Both the position numbers and the translations under genes were made by a program. Below the pieces are notes generated by a model. That model was not told where the DNA came from, searched no databases, and saw only the letters and a list, made by a program, of their open reading frames with translations. Below are positions 12,599 to 24,845 of a DNA stretch of 64,000 bases, in pieces. Every line of letters begins with the position of its first letter. Positions within the stretch are counted from its first letter, which is position 1. The DNA is from Raja brachyura. Taxonomy: Eukaryota. Location of the stretch: NCBI GenBank assembly GCA_963514005.1, contig OY740798.1:23436001-23500000 (forward strand). The letters are read 5' to 3'.

Positions 12599-13272
12599 GA
12601 AAAGGAATAGCTAAGAGTTGCTTTGTAATTTCTAAAATAGAGGACTATGTCTCAGAACTAGTATCAATATACCACTGATTGAATGGAAAACGTAAATTTC
12701 TGACACAGTTTTATTCACCTGAAATTAATTTCTGTAATTTGCATCATCGTGTTTTATTTATTGTTTATCAATTACAGAGTTTGGGACTTCATCTCCCTGA
12801 TGTCAATTGTAAAATTCTCCTTTGTTGAACGTCCTTAAAGCTGGCAACTGTGTCTCAGTATGTCTTGTGCTTTGTTTTGACTGCTTTTCTACTATTTTTT
12901 CTCTGAAGTATTTCAGTGTTCATATTTTAAAAAAGAAAAAAGACCACATGGCATAATTCGCACCCCATATTGTCCTAAAATACTTTACAGTATATTCATT
13001 CATTTTTTGAGGGTTCATGCACACCAGTCCATAAAATGAAGTTTATAATGACCCAAAAATCTTTTTTTAGGCATTGGTTCAAAAATAAACATTGGCAAAG
13101 ATACCAAGGATAACTCTCCTCATTTTAAAAATAGTACCATGGGATTTTTTATTCCAATCAACGGTAGATAGGACTTGGTATAATATCTCAATGCAATTGC
13201 TGTAATTTTTCTATTGGAATATCATCCTCAAATTAGTACAAGTCAATTGATACTGCTTTTATGAAAAGGGCT

Positions 13273-13402
13273 TCTTCGTCTTGCGTTTGGTGTGCACAGC
13301 TTAAAGTTGTAGGACAACTTGTTCTATTTGATTGTGCACACCAGGTTGATTGCATTCGTCAAAACAGGGCGGATCCGTGAAGGTTGCAATCTCCCGCCCC
13401 AA
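13273..13402 (-). mobile_element. Short retroelement with an HDV-like ribozyme head
   Basis: 10-bp TSD GAAAAGGGCT (13263-13272 and 13403-13412), 3' tail ...ACGCAAGACGAAGA, 5' double-pseudoknot motif. Confidence 0.85.
13348..13400 (-). ncRNA. Minimal HDV-like self-cleaving ribozyme (slightly degenerate)
   Basis: GGGGCGG-GA-GAUUGCA-ACC-UUCACG-GAU-CCGCCCU-GUUUUGA-CGAA-UGCAAUC. P1 is 7 bp with a G1-U wobble, P2 is a perfect 7 bp, P3 is ACC/GAU, J4/2 is CGAA. Confidence 0.75.
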
Positions 13403-14052
13403 GAAAAGGGCTCAGTTTTCCACACATTTAAGTTTTATTCTGATGTTAAAATCATTAAGTTGAAATCTTTCAGTGTCGTTCTCTTTTGGTATTTTACAAA
13501 TATTAATTCATTTTCCCCAGTGAACTCTCCCCATTCTTTCATGTGACCCTCTACTGTAGTTGATGAACAAAGGATCTCCTTTGAGACTTCTTTTGGATTT
13601 TATCACTTCCCTATTGATAACTGAGTGTTGAGTTACTAAGACTTTGAACTCTGGAGTTCCCTTAATTAAGCTCTTTCTCGCTTTAATCTGCCAACATAAT
13701 ACTTATTTCCTACTCCATTCATATTATTTAATATCTCATTTTGTTTGGTGTCCAATTTTGGTTGATAATGCTCCTGTTGATTGGCTTAGCATACTTGACA
13801 AGATTAAATTTGGCACAATACATAAACAGTGGTTATTTCTGAAATTATTCCAGAAAGGTACAAAGTTTAGGGGTAACATGAGGGGGATCTTCTTTACTCA
13901 GAGAGTGGTAGCTGTGTGGAATGAGCTTCCAGTGGAAGTGGTGGAGGCAGGTTCGATTTTATCATTTAAAAATAAACTGGATAGGTATATGGACGGGAAA
14001 GGAATGGAGGGTTATGGTCTGAGTGCAGGTAAATGGGACTAGGTGAGAGTAA

Positions 14053-14619
14053 AGGGCCTGTTCCACCAGCATGCGACTCCATGCGGTGAGCGCGACCTAA
14101 TGTGGTCGCTTGAGCCGTCTGGCCTCGCGGGGCCGGTCTCACTTCGATCGCTGGAGCCGTATGGAGTCGTGCGGAGCTGGTCCCGACATCGGGCGGGGCT
14201 CCGAAAAACTGACCGTGTTCAAAAATTCTGCGCAGCAACGGCCTGTCGGCCCGCAGCCGCCTCGACGCATTACGCACTGCCTCGACGTCGTGCCTCCGTG
14301 ACCCTCTCTCTGTGTGCCTCCGTGACCCTCTCTGTGTGCCTCCGTGACCCTCTCTATATGTGCCTCCGTGACCCTCTCTATATGTGCCTCCGTGACCCTC
14401 TGTGTGTGCCTCCGTGACCCTCTCTATATGTGCCTCCGTGACCCTCTCTGTGTACCTCCTTGTCTCTCTCTGTGTGTCCCTCTCTGTCCTTACGAACTTA
14501 CCGCGGACTTCGCTCAAACTTCGCACCACTTCGCGCCACTCACCCGACCTCCGCGCTGCCCCCGCTGCCGGTTTGGTTGCGCTCGCTGCATGGAGTCGCA
14601 TGCTGGTGGGACAGGCCCT
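14053..14619. mobile_element. PIF/Harbinger-type MITE
   Basis: ~45-bp imperfect TIRs AGGGCCTGTTCCACCAGCATGCGACTCCATGC... and TAA TSD (14050-14052, 14620-14622). Confidence 0.88.
14291..14452. repeat. Minisatellite, 7 units of 22-24 bp (TGCCTCCGTGACCCTCT...)
   Basis: Units start at 14291, 14315, 14337, 14361, 14385, 14407 and 14431. Confidence 0.95.
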
Positions 14620-16039
14620 TAAGTGTTTGGCACGGACTAGAAGGGCCGAGATGGCCTGTTTCCGTGCTGTAATTGTTATATGGTTAAATTTAATCGATTT
14701 ATTTAACAAGTGAATAGGTTTTGGGGCAGGGCCCTTCAGACAAATGAAAAATGAACAAATCATACAATACAAATTTATGCTAAAGTAAAAGTACTACAAT
14801 CTAATTTGGAATGGAAATATTAAACAAAGTCACAGCCCTTAATAATTAAATTATCTTTTGGATCATTTAGGAGAAGGACGTGGAAGACAGTGAGATTAGT
14901 GTGGGGAAGACTGATATGCTAGAGCAATTTGAGATCAAAAGAAGGCGATGGCATTCGTGTTCTTGAAGAGCATTTAGGTGGATAAATCCCCAGATAGAAT
15001 CTGTCCCAGGTTATTGAACAAAATATAGATCAGGACATAGAGTTATGCAGCACAGCAACAGACAATTCGACTCAACTTGCCGATTCCTACGAAGATGTCC
15101 CATTTGCCCGCATTTAGCCCATATCCCTCAAATAATTTCTCTCCACTTCCTACCCCCCTCTCTTTCTATCCTCCCCCACTCTCCCTCCTCACCTCCTCCA
15201 CTTTCCCCTCCCTCTCCCTCCCTACCCCCTCCTCTCCCTCAATCCCCTCCAGTCTCCTTCCTCACCTCCCCCACTTTCCCCCCCTCTCCCTCCTCTACCC
15301 CCCCACTCCCTATCTCCCTCCTCGCCTCCCCAAGATCTCGAGGCTGCCGTTCCTCTGACCGGAGGTTGCCTTGATCAGAGGCCGCGCCGAGGCGGGCGCC
15401 GCCGGTGACTGACAAAGGTCGCAGCCAATCAGTGCAGCGATGGTGCAGGAAGGGGTGTCGCCATCACAACGATGACTGACAGGAGAGCAGACCAATCTGC
15501 TCTTGCGCGGTTAAATGTTTAAAAAAACCTTAATAACATTTAAAATATACCGCCAATTGGAACAAAACTTGTTGCACTTGCAGCACAGGAATGGTGAGTA
15601 AGGTGGCGAAAAATGGTAGCGATATCGTGTACCGTTTCTGTGCAAATGTAAAAACAAAGTAAACCGGAAGATAACAAGATGAGAGTTTTAGTTATGTAAT
15701 AAATAATAATAGATGTGCTAGTTAAATTATTTTACGTGGTGGGCGCCTGAAATGCGCTGCCAGGGGTGACGATGTAGGCAGATATGGTTTTGGCATTTAA
15801 GAAGTTTTTAGATAGGCAAAGATTATACCTATCTCTCTTGGGGTGGAGGATTATGGATCACATCCAGGCAGAGGAGGCTTGTGTAACTTGGCATTATGTT
15901 TGGCATGGACGATATAGGCTGAAGGGACGGTTCTTGTGTAATTACAAGAGTATGGAACTAATTAGGAGACAATTATTTAATGGTTATAAATCTCAAATAT
16001 TACAAATATTTTCTATACAGTGCAATTTATCCCTCTCAT

Positions 16040-16828
16040 ACTGAGGTTAAGAAATTCTTACTTGCTGCAGCACAACAGAATATGTAAACATAGTTCACTG
16101 TAAGCAATATGATAAACGAGAGAAAAAAAATGTGTGACTATATACACATACAAGCGCGCGCACACACACACATTGTATACTCAAAAACAATAGGAGTGCA
16201 GTAATAATAATAGTAGACTATTGTAGTTCTGAGCTTATTTGAGGTTGTAATGTTTAATAGCTGGAGGGCTGCAGGGAAGAAGCTGTTCCTAGACGTTACA
16301 TTTTTCAGGCTCCTGTACCTTCTTCCCAATGGCAGTGGTGAAATGATGGTGTGGGTCTGTGATGATGCTGGCTGCCTTTTTGAGGCAGATACTCAGATAA
16401 ATCCCTTCGATGGTGAGGAGGTCGGAACCGGTGATGGACTGGGCAGTGTTCACAACTTTTTGCAGTCTTTTCCACTCCTGGATGTTCAAGTTGACGAACC
16501 AGGCCGATGCAATCAGTCTATATGCTCTCTACTGCACACCTGTAGAAGTTCAAGAGAATTCTATTTGACATACCGAATCTCCTTAATCTTCTCAGGAAGT
16601 AGAGGTGTTGATGTGCTTTATTTATAATTGCATCAGTGTGCTGGGTCCAGGGAAGATCTTCGGAAATATGCACGCCCAGGAATTTAAAGTTTTTGACTCT
16701 CTAAACAGCATTGTGGGTCCTCATCCTTCCTCTTACAAAGTCCACAATCAGTTCATTGGTTTTACTGATATTGAGAGCCAGGTTGTTGTGCTGGCACCAT
16801 TTGGTCAATCGGTCGATCTCACTTCTAT
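16040..16828 (-). mobile_element. Rex1/Babar LINE 3' fragment
   Basis: [15 protein letters not shown]...GRRYRSL...NSFFP; similar to 46940-48035. Confidence 0.85.
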
Positions 16829-16829
16829 G

Positions 16830-18795
16830 TCAAGACCATCGACAGTCTATTCCTCCCCAGTGGACTGAGTGCACCAGACTCGGGGATTCCCTCCAGAGCC
16901 AGGTCCTGATGGAGAAAATACCTTGTTTCCCCTACCCCCTCTCCGCCTACAGTCTTGGGTGGGTTTCTCCTGGGCTTCCTCGGGTGCCTGATGCGGGACT
17001 CCCCAACAGGAATCTCCTCCTGCCCCATATCACCCGAGTGGTCCCCAACGCCACCCTCCCCAGAATCCCCTCCAGAACATGGGACGGGTCTGAACCAGAT
17101 GGCAGGAGTCTTCCTGCACCACAGTACTACCCTCCCCCTTGGAGGATTCCCATTCATCCCCCTTCCGCTCCTCACTAGAGAGATTCCTTCTCTTTTTCGA
17201 TGAGGAAAAATAGACTCGTAGACTCTGGGGTCACCTGAGCAACCTACCTCTGTGGCACCCCCTCCTCCCGCCCGATCCCCACCGCCCCTGGCTGGATTAT
17301 GGGGCTTGCAGACTCCCTAACGGGAGGTAACGGGATGGGTGGAACGTACTTGTTACCGGGGTTTTGTTCCCCATGTGTTTCAACTTCTTTGCCCGCAACC
17401 CCAGCATTCCCTGACTCAAGTACGGGGGGGTGGGAGCGGTGGGGGATGATGGGGGTTAGTGGCACCAGAAGCAAAGGCCTCTGCCTGGGATTTGGGGCAA
17501 TTCCTCTGAATATTCCCTACTTCCTTCCTGGCAAGGCACCTCGACTGCTCCGATGTCCAGTAGACGGTGAAATCCCACCCATCCTGCTGGACACAGAAGT
17601 GCCCGTCAATTATCTCCTCTGGGTCCAGCAACATCGTCAGCTGGCGCCAGAGGAAAAGAACGTGCCGCAGCTCCTTCCTGCAGAACCGCTGGGATATCGG
17701 GGTGATGTCCATGAGTACCTTCCCCAGGGTGTGAAGGTGGGGATGGAGGGCCTCATTTGTGATGCATGGTGGGACGTTGGACAGGACCACCCGCTGCGCC
17801 TAGTCGCCAATGGCTCGATCTGCAGGAATGTTCCCTCCCATTGAGATCCTTTTACTCACTGCCACGTTCACCCCCTCAACAGACTCGAGGAAGAACACTG
17901 CCTTCCCAAACATCCTTCCCACGTACAGGACACCTGCGGGCTTGGCCGCCATGGCAATGGCAGCCGAGCAGTCCTCCAGGTTCATCTGAGGGGGCAAGTA
18001 ACACCTTATCCCATGCTCAAAAGGTAGATTCTTCATGGGGACCCGGGCCGCAAGAGGAGCAGCTGAAGCAGCCACTTCTGCATAGCTCCTGGAAGGCCCC
18101 GTCTCCCAGAACACTGACCTTGCATGGTATCAGGCGCTACAATTTAAACATAGCACTCACACACAATGCCTGAGACACAGACAGTCCAAATGGCACAAGG
18201 CCAAGTCCAACACAAAAACAATATGGAACAGTTCGAGGAGGGAGGCAAAGTGGTGTTGCCTTGAACGATGTTAAAGACGGTGAGCTGCTGATCTAACAGG
18301 CAATCCCAGCTGGTCTTCGCTGCGCCTGCAGCAACAAAGGGGATTTGCTTTCAGTCGTAGTTGTTGGAAGCCTCCTATCTCCTTCAGTCTTGCCAAGTCT
18401 CTTCAGCTCTAGGTTCCAAGGCTGCAGAAGGTCGAGACGGTGCAGAAATCCTCCCACACCGCACGAAAGCCAGACCGGCCCAGTCAGCACTGACGGGGGG
18501 GGGGGGGGGGGGTGTTTTGGACGCAAGTGTAAAATGCAGAAATGCTTTCTTTCCCCTTTTGGTGCACTACAGTTTCCTGGCAGGTTGCCAGCCACAGTTG
18601 TGGGAGCTCGGCAGTTAGTTGATAAGACTGCTTGCAATCCCAAAAACAAGTAGAAACCTTTAAAACAAGTCCCTGCAGTGTCGCAGCGATACACAAGGAT
18701 GTGTAAATGTACCGCTGTGCCTCCTCCGAATTCCAAAAAGATATTTAAATTAATTTGTTTTTGTGTTTGGATGGGAGCTCCGCAACACCACACGT
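16830..18795 (-). mobile_element. Tx1-clade LINE 5' part (ORF1/gag-like, decayed)
   Basis: SYAEVAAS...HGIRCY...GRMFGKAVFFLES...LSNVPPCITNEAL...LRHV and a degenerate CCHC knuckle (KEVGNIQRNCPK). Confidence 0.75.
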
Positions 18796-18809
18796 CCTCG
18801 TGTAACCAG

Positions 18810-19367
18810 CTTTTTTTTCTTTTTTTTTTGGTAACCAGCTTTTATATAATTTTTTTATCGAAAAATGTATTCAATTATTAAAAAATAATATTTGCACTAC
18901 AATAAAACAAGCCAGAACTCACCACGATAATACAATACAAACATATATCCATAATAAACTACAATACAACTATGTTGCAATCCTTATTGAGGATACATTC
19001 AACTCCCCTGCGGAGCCCAGCGGTCCCGGAACTCCTTCAGGGCGTATTCCCTTTCTAACCTCACCCGGGCACGGACGTAACCCCGCAAAAGGGGCAGGCA
19101 ACTGGCTCGGGTAGAGCCCTCCACCGCCTGGCGCCTTCACTCACGGATGGCCAGCTTGGCCAGGCCCAAGAGCAACCCAACCAGGACATCTTCAGCCCTA
19201 CCCTCTCCCCTATGCACAGGGTGTCCAAAGATGAGGATGGTGGATGAAAAATGCAGCCAGAAGGCGTGTAACCAGTTTTTCTTTTCCTTATTTCTTTTTG
19301 AGGTTTTTTTTTTGAGTTTCGTAACCAGCTCCAGGCTTAGGAGCAACCCAACCAGGACATCTTCAGA
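18810..19367 (-). mobile_element. Tx1 ORF2 C-terminus and 3' tail
   Basis: LLHAFWLHFSSTILIFGHPV...LLLGLAKLAI; homologous to 52797-53422. Confidence 0.75.
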
Positions 19368-19810
19368 ACAGCTTGGAGGAGATGATGGTATTGAACACCT
19401 AGCTGTAGTCTATAAACAACAGCCTGACGTAAGTGTTTTTATTGTCCAAGTGGTCCAGTGCGGAGTGGAGAGCCAGTGAGATTGCATCCTCCGTTGACCT
19501 GTTGTGACGTTAGACAAATTATAGTTGATCGAAGTTCTTGTTGAGGTAGGAGTTGATATCCACCATAACCAGCCTCTCAAAGCACTTCATCACCACAGAA
19601 GTTAGTGCCACTGGTCGATAGCTGTTGAGGCACTTCACTATACTCCTCTTGGGTATTATTGATGTCCAATTAAAGCAGGTGGGAATCTCAGACCTCAGTA
19701 GTGAGAGGTTGAAAATGTCCGCAAAAGCCCCAGCCAGTTGGTCTGCGCAGATTTTGAGAACTCGACCGAATATATCATCAGGTCCAGGCGCTTTCCGAGG
19801 GTTCACTCCC
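19368..19810 (-). mobile_element. Rex1/Babar RT fragment
   Basis: KAPGPD...ADQLAGAFADIFNLSL...YRPVALTSVVMKCFERLV. Confidence 0.85.
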
Positions 19811-20929
19811 CCTGAAGGATCTTCTGACGTCAGCCTCTGTGACTGTAATACCATAGAATAGGTATACCTTACTTGATGTAGCTTTGAAAGGATCTGTGGT
19901 AACATTACAATCAATGGAGCACCACCAGAGGATTTCTTTATGTAATTCATGCACTAGCTCTGTTTGCAGGCTTTACTTCCCAACAGGGCCACTGCCACTG
20001 CCACTGACATGTGCAGGCCATGTGCCATTATCCAGATAAGAGATCTGATCAATGATATGCTCCATGATCATTGCAAATGCTCCTTTGACATTCTTCCCTT
20101 TGTAGCTAGCTGCAGCAAAGAACTTGCTTCAAGGCTTGTTTGTACTTTTGCACCTGACCACTTTGAGAGTATGCTATGGTTTCATTCTTTGCTGTCCCAC
20201 TTCCTCTCACACTTTTTCAGTATTATCTTCATCTTTATAACCTGAAAATAGTAAAATACTACTTGTACAAAACTTTACGATGAGAAACATCTCTGTAGCA
20301 TAGGATGTTACTCTGTTTTCCCATTGAATAAAGGTTTCATACTTTAATAGCATTTGAGCTGCAGTTAGATCAAATTCAAAACTCAAAGCGATTTAAGAAA
20401 AATCACACATCACCAGCTGTTTCCTTTTCCACAGACTAATCTGCTTAGAACAAGTGTACCCGATACATTCAAAATGGTGAAATAAGTTGTGAATTTTGCT
20501 GCCACTATTTTGTAATTTGGATCATTGGTTAACAAACATAACATGTGCTTGTTTCATTCATTACCTACCCACAAATTTGAATTTGAGTTATTCTGTAAAA
20601 AATAACAGTAACAGGAAATCAAGTCAGACAGTATTTGTAGAAAAAGAAACTACATTAACAATTTAGAATAATTACCTTTTCTCTGAAGTGGGTAAACTAA
20701 ATAATAATAATAGTAATGTATGTGAAAGGGTGGAAAGATTGGAGAGTGACAGTGGTCTAGGAAGGAACTGTAGATGTTGGTTTGCATTGAAGATAGACTC
20801 AAGATGCTGGAGTAACTCAGCGGGCCAGGCAACATCTCTGGAAAAAAGGAATAGGTGACATTTTGTATCAAGACCCTTCAGGTTGAAAGTCAGAGGTATG
20901 AAAAGATGCAAAGAACAGTTGAATTAATG

Positions 20930-23330
20930 AATGGATGAATTAATAGGTTTATTGGCCAAGTATGTGCACATACAAGGAATTTGCCTGTGTGCTCCACTCG
21001 CAAGCAACAACATGACATACAGTAACAATTAAGAATGACACATAAAACATTAAACATTAATAATAAAACATTACAGTTTAAACATGTGAATGAAATAAAA
21101 TCTCAGTGCAAAATAAGGCTACTTTTGGTTATTGAGTAGAACTACTACTTGTGGAAAAAAGCTGTCTTTATGTCAGGCTGTAGCGGCTTTGACAGTCCGG
21201 AGTCTCCTTCCAGAGGGAAGTGCTCCAAAGAGTTTGTGGCCAAGGCCATTTCAGGTCCTTGGAGATGATGGTTACTTAAGGAACTTAAAAGACTCCACAG
21301 ATGTGACTGTGGTGTTGAAAGTGAGTGGGGGGAGGGGGAGCTCTCCTAAAGTCTACTCTCAATTCCACTGTCTTAAGAGCATTGAGCTCCAGGTTCTTAC
21401 AAAGGCACCAGGACGCCAGCTGTGTCACTTCCTGTCTGTAGGCAGGTTCCTCCCCATCCTGGATCAGTCCAATCAGGGTTGTGTCATCCGCAAACGTGAG
21501 AAGCTTGACAGAGGAGTCTGTGGAGGTACAGTCGTTGGTGTAGAGAGAGTAAAGGAGAGGAGAGAGTACGCAGTCTTGCGGTGCTCCTATGCTGAGGGTC
21601 TGCGGGTCCGAGATTTGCTTTCCCAGCTTGGCATGCTGCTTTCTGTCTGTCAGGAAGTTGGTGATCCACTGAGAGAGGGGTTCAGGCAGTCAGTTTGGTG
21701 AGTTTGGAGTGTAGTAGCTCTGGCACAATGGCGTTGAATGTAGAGCTAAAATCAACAAACAAAATCCTTACATGGGTCCTCTGGCGGTCTAGGTGCTTGA
21801 GGATGAAGTGCAGGCCTAGGTTGACTGAGTCATCCACCGCTCTATTGGCCCGGTATGCAAACTGCAGAGGGTCGGGCAGGGGGTTTGTGATATTTTTCAG
21901 CTTGGCCAGCACGTCTTTCAAGGGTCTTCATGCCTACAGATGTCAGTGCGACAGGCCTGTAGTCATTAAGACCAGTAATCCTTGTATTTTTTGGTACAGA
22001 GACAATAGTGGAGACTTTGAAGCAGGCAGAGACTGTACAGGTTTGCAGGGACTGGTTGAAAATGTCTGTGTCGACTGGTGCCAGTTGTTCGGTACAGAGC
22101 TTGAGGGCAGAGGGGGAAACATTCTCTAGCCCTGGAGATTTCTGGCTTTTCTGTCTTCTGAACAGTCTCTCCACCTCCTCAATTTCTATTGTTAGTGATG
22201 GAGAAGTGGCCAGACTGATGTTGTGCAGCAAGGAGAGGGCGGGTAGAGGAAGATGGCCCTTTGCAGACGGGAGTCGGGCTGTGAGTAGGTGTGAAGTGTT
22301 GGTTGGGGAGGGAGATAAGGGATACCAGGGTTAAATTTCTGTTTATCGAACCTGCAGAAGAACTCGTTCAGGTCGTTGGTCAGCTGATGATTGTCCAAGG
22401 AGCGTGGGGCTTTCCTCTTGTAGCTGGTGATTTCTTGCAAGCCCTTCCAAACTGAAGAAGAATCACCAACTGAGAACTCGCTCCTCAACTTCTCAGAGTA
22501 CCTTTCCTTGGCAGCTCCGATTCCTCCTCTCAGCTTGTACTTGGCCTGCCTGCATTCCCACTCCTGTAGGATTCATCTTTAGACTGGCGGAGCTGTTTGA
22601 GTTCTGCTATAAACCAGGGCTGTCGTTGTTGAACCAGATCCGGGTCCTAGTGGGAATGCAACTGTCCTCACAAAAGCTGACATATGATGTCACAGTGTCT
22701 GTATACTCATCGAGGCTTGTGGTTGCTTCCCGAAACACATTCCAATCAGTACAGTCAAAGCAGGACTGTAGGTTTTCAATGCACTTGCTAGTCCTCCTTT
22801 TCATTGTTCTGACCACAGCAGATTTTAGTTTCTGCTTGTAGGTCGGAATAAGGTGAACTAAACAATGATCAGAGAGACCCAGAGCCGTCTGGGGAACAGA
22901 GCGATATGTGTTCTTGGTTGAAGTGTAACAATGATCGAGTGTTCTCTCCCCTGGTGGGGCAGGTAACATGAAGTGTGTACTTGAGCTTAGCCTTGTTAAA
23001 GTCCTCCAAAACAATGACCATGGAGTCCGGGAAGTCTCTCTCTACCTTCATTACCTGGTCAGCTAGTTGCGTTTGCGCGTCACATGTGCAGGCTTGGAGG
23101 GGGGGGATGTAAACTCCAGTGAGAATAAATGAGATAAATTCCCTCGGAAAATAAAAGGGTTTGCAGTTTATAATATTTGGTGTTTGGAGGTACCGTATGT
23201 CTGATGTTAATGAATATCTCTCTCGTGAAAGTGATCTTTGTAAGGTTTTCACAGACGACACAAACAAACAAACACTTACAAAACAGCAAGGGGCAGGACA
23301 ATGTGGCAGCCATCGTCAGCACCTGCTGGA
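20930..23330 (-). mobile_element. Rex1/Babar LINE, near full span, decayed (APE endonuclease + RT)
   Basis: TLDHCY...[39 protein letters not shown]...LFVDFSSTFN; (TTCA)n-type tail near 20930. Confidence 0.88.
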
Positions 23331-24179
23331 AGTTGTGTTGGTAAGTGGGCAGAGAAGGCAATAGAATATTAACAAGTAAATTTGGGTGTGAATCGGTGGC
23401 ATGTATACTGGACGAAACAAAATAAATCTGGTTACTCAAAGATGAGAAAGAAGAAAATGAAATGCTGGATATGTGAAGTGCAAAGCTGGGATGGTTATTA
23501 TCTGAAATATTTGAATTCAATGTCTATTCAATCCACAAGTCTATACTGTGCCAAGTTGGAAGATGAGATGCGTTTCCTCAAGTTTCTGTTGAGGTTTCTT
23601 TGAACAGTGTAGGAGACCAGAGGCCAGGAGGCCAAAATGGAAATAGGGCATTTACTGAAGGCCAGACCATATAGGAGTTTTCTATAAGAGATCATCCAAT
23701 CTGTGATTGGCTTCATCAAGCTAGTGGAGACCATTCCATTGAGTACCAAATGCACAATACTTAACTGGAGAGAGTACAATTGCTGTTTCACTGGAAAAAA
23801 AGTTTGGAGGATGTAAAAGAATAGGTGTTGCAATTTTTGCTTGGAATGGTCCCATGTGAAGAGAAGCAGGTATTGGTGAAGATAGAAGGGTGAACTAGGG
23901 AGTGCTGGAGGGAACAGCTATTTTTGAATGCTGGAAGGACTGAAAAAGAGGAGGGTTCTGTCATTTTTTCTCAGATTGACTGATTTCGCTTTCTGAATAA
24001 TGCTGCCTTTGTATTTTATTTTGTGGAAATGTTACATTTAAAATATTAGTGGTACCTTACTTGGTAAGCAGGATGTGTTGGCAGGAAGAAGAGCGCAAAT
24101 TATATGTGCATTAAGGAAGATCTTGATTTTGTGATGTGTAGGGAGATGTGTGTGCATTGTCAGTGACCACTGATCATAA

Positions 24180-24845
24180 TTGGTAGGAGTAGAATTAGGC
24201 CATTGGGCTCTATCAAGTCTACTCTGCTATTCAATCCTAGCTGATCTATCTCTCCCTCCTAACACCATTCTCCTGCCTTCGTCCCATAACCTCTGACACC
24301 CATACTGATCAAGAATCAATCTATATCTGCCTTAAATATATCCACTGACTTTGCCACCACAGCCTTCTGTGGCAAAGAATTCCTTTAGTCACCACCTTCT
24401 GACTAAAGAAATTCCTCCTCATCTCCTTCCTAAAAGCACGCCCTTTAATTATGAAGCTATGACCTCTAGTCCTAGACTCTCCCACTAGTGGAAACATCCT
24501 CTCCACATCCACATCAAGCCTTTCATTATTCTGTACATTTCAATGAGGTCTCCCGTCATTCTTCTAAACTCCAGCGAATATAGGTCCAGTGCTGTCAAAC
24601 GCTCATCATATGTTAAATCTACTTTTTTTTGGGATCATTCTTGTAAACCTCCTATGGACCCTCTCCGGACCCAGCACATCCTGCCTCAGATATGTTGCCC
24701 AAAATTCCAAATGTGGCCTGATCAGTGCCTTATAGAGCCTCAGCATTACATCCCTATTTTTGTATACATGTACTCGCAAAATGAATGCTGGCATTGTATT
24801 TGATTTCTTTCCTACTGATTCGAATTGCAGATTAACTTCTTGGTA
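24180..24845 (-). mobile_element. CR1 3' fragment
   Basis: YKNRDVMLRLYKALIRPHLE...MFPLVGESRTRGH. Confidence 0.88.

Larger units (their letters stand above)
13855..14690 (+). mobile_element. CR1 3' end interrupted by a Harbinger MITE
   Basis: FFTQRVVAVWNELP...GKWD, with the 3' UTR resuming at 14620. Confidence 0.85.

Noticed and set aside
14291-14452. CRISPR-like regularly spaced repeat
   Set aside because: Units abut with only short TC/TA/TG variation and no unique spacers. It is a minisatellite in a eukaryotic MITE.
13966-14772. 268-aa ORF and overlapping ORFs
   Set aside because: Produced by the GC-rich MITE and minisatellite; no protein motifs.
15045-15374. Pro/Ser-rich ORFs
   Set aside because: Translation of a C/T low-complexity tract.
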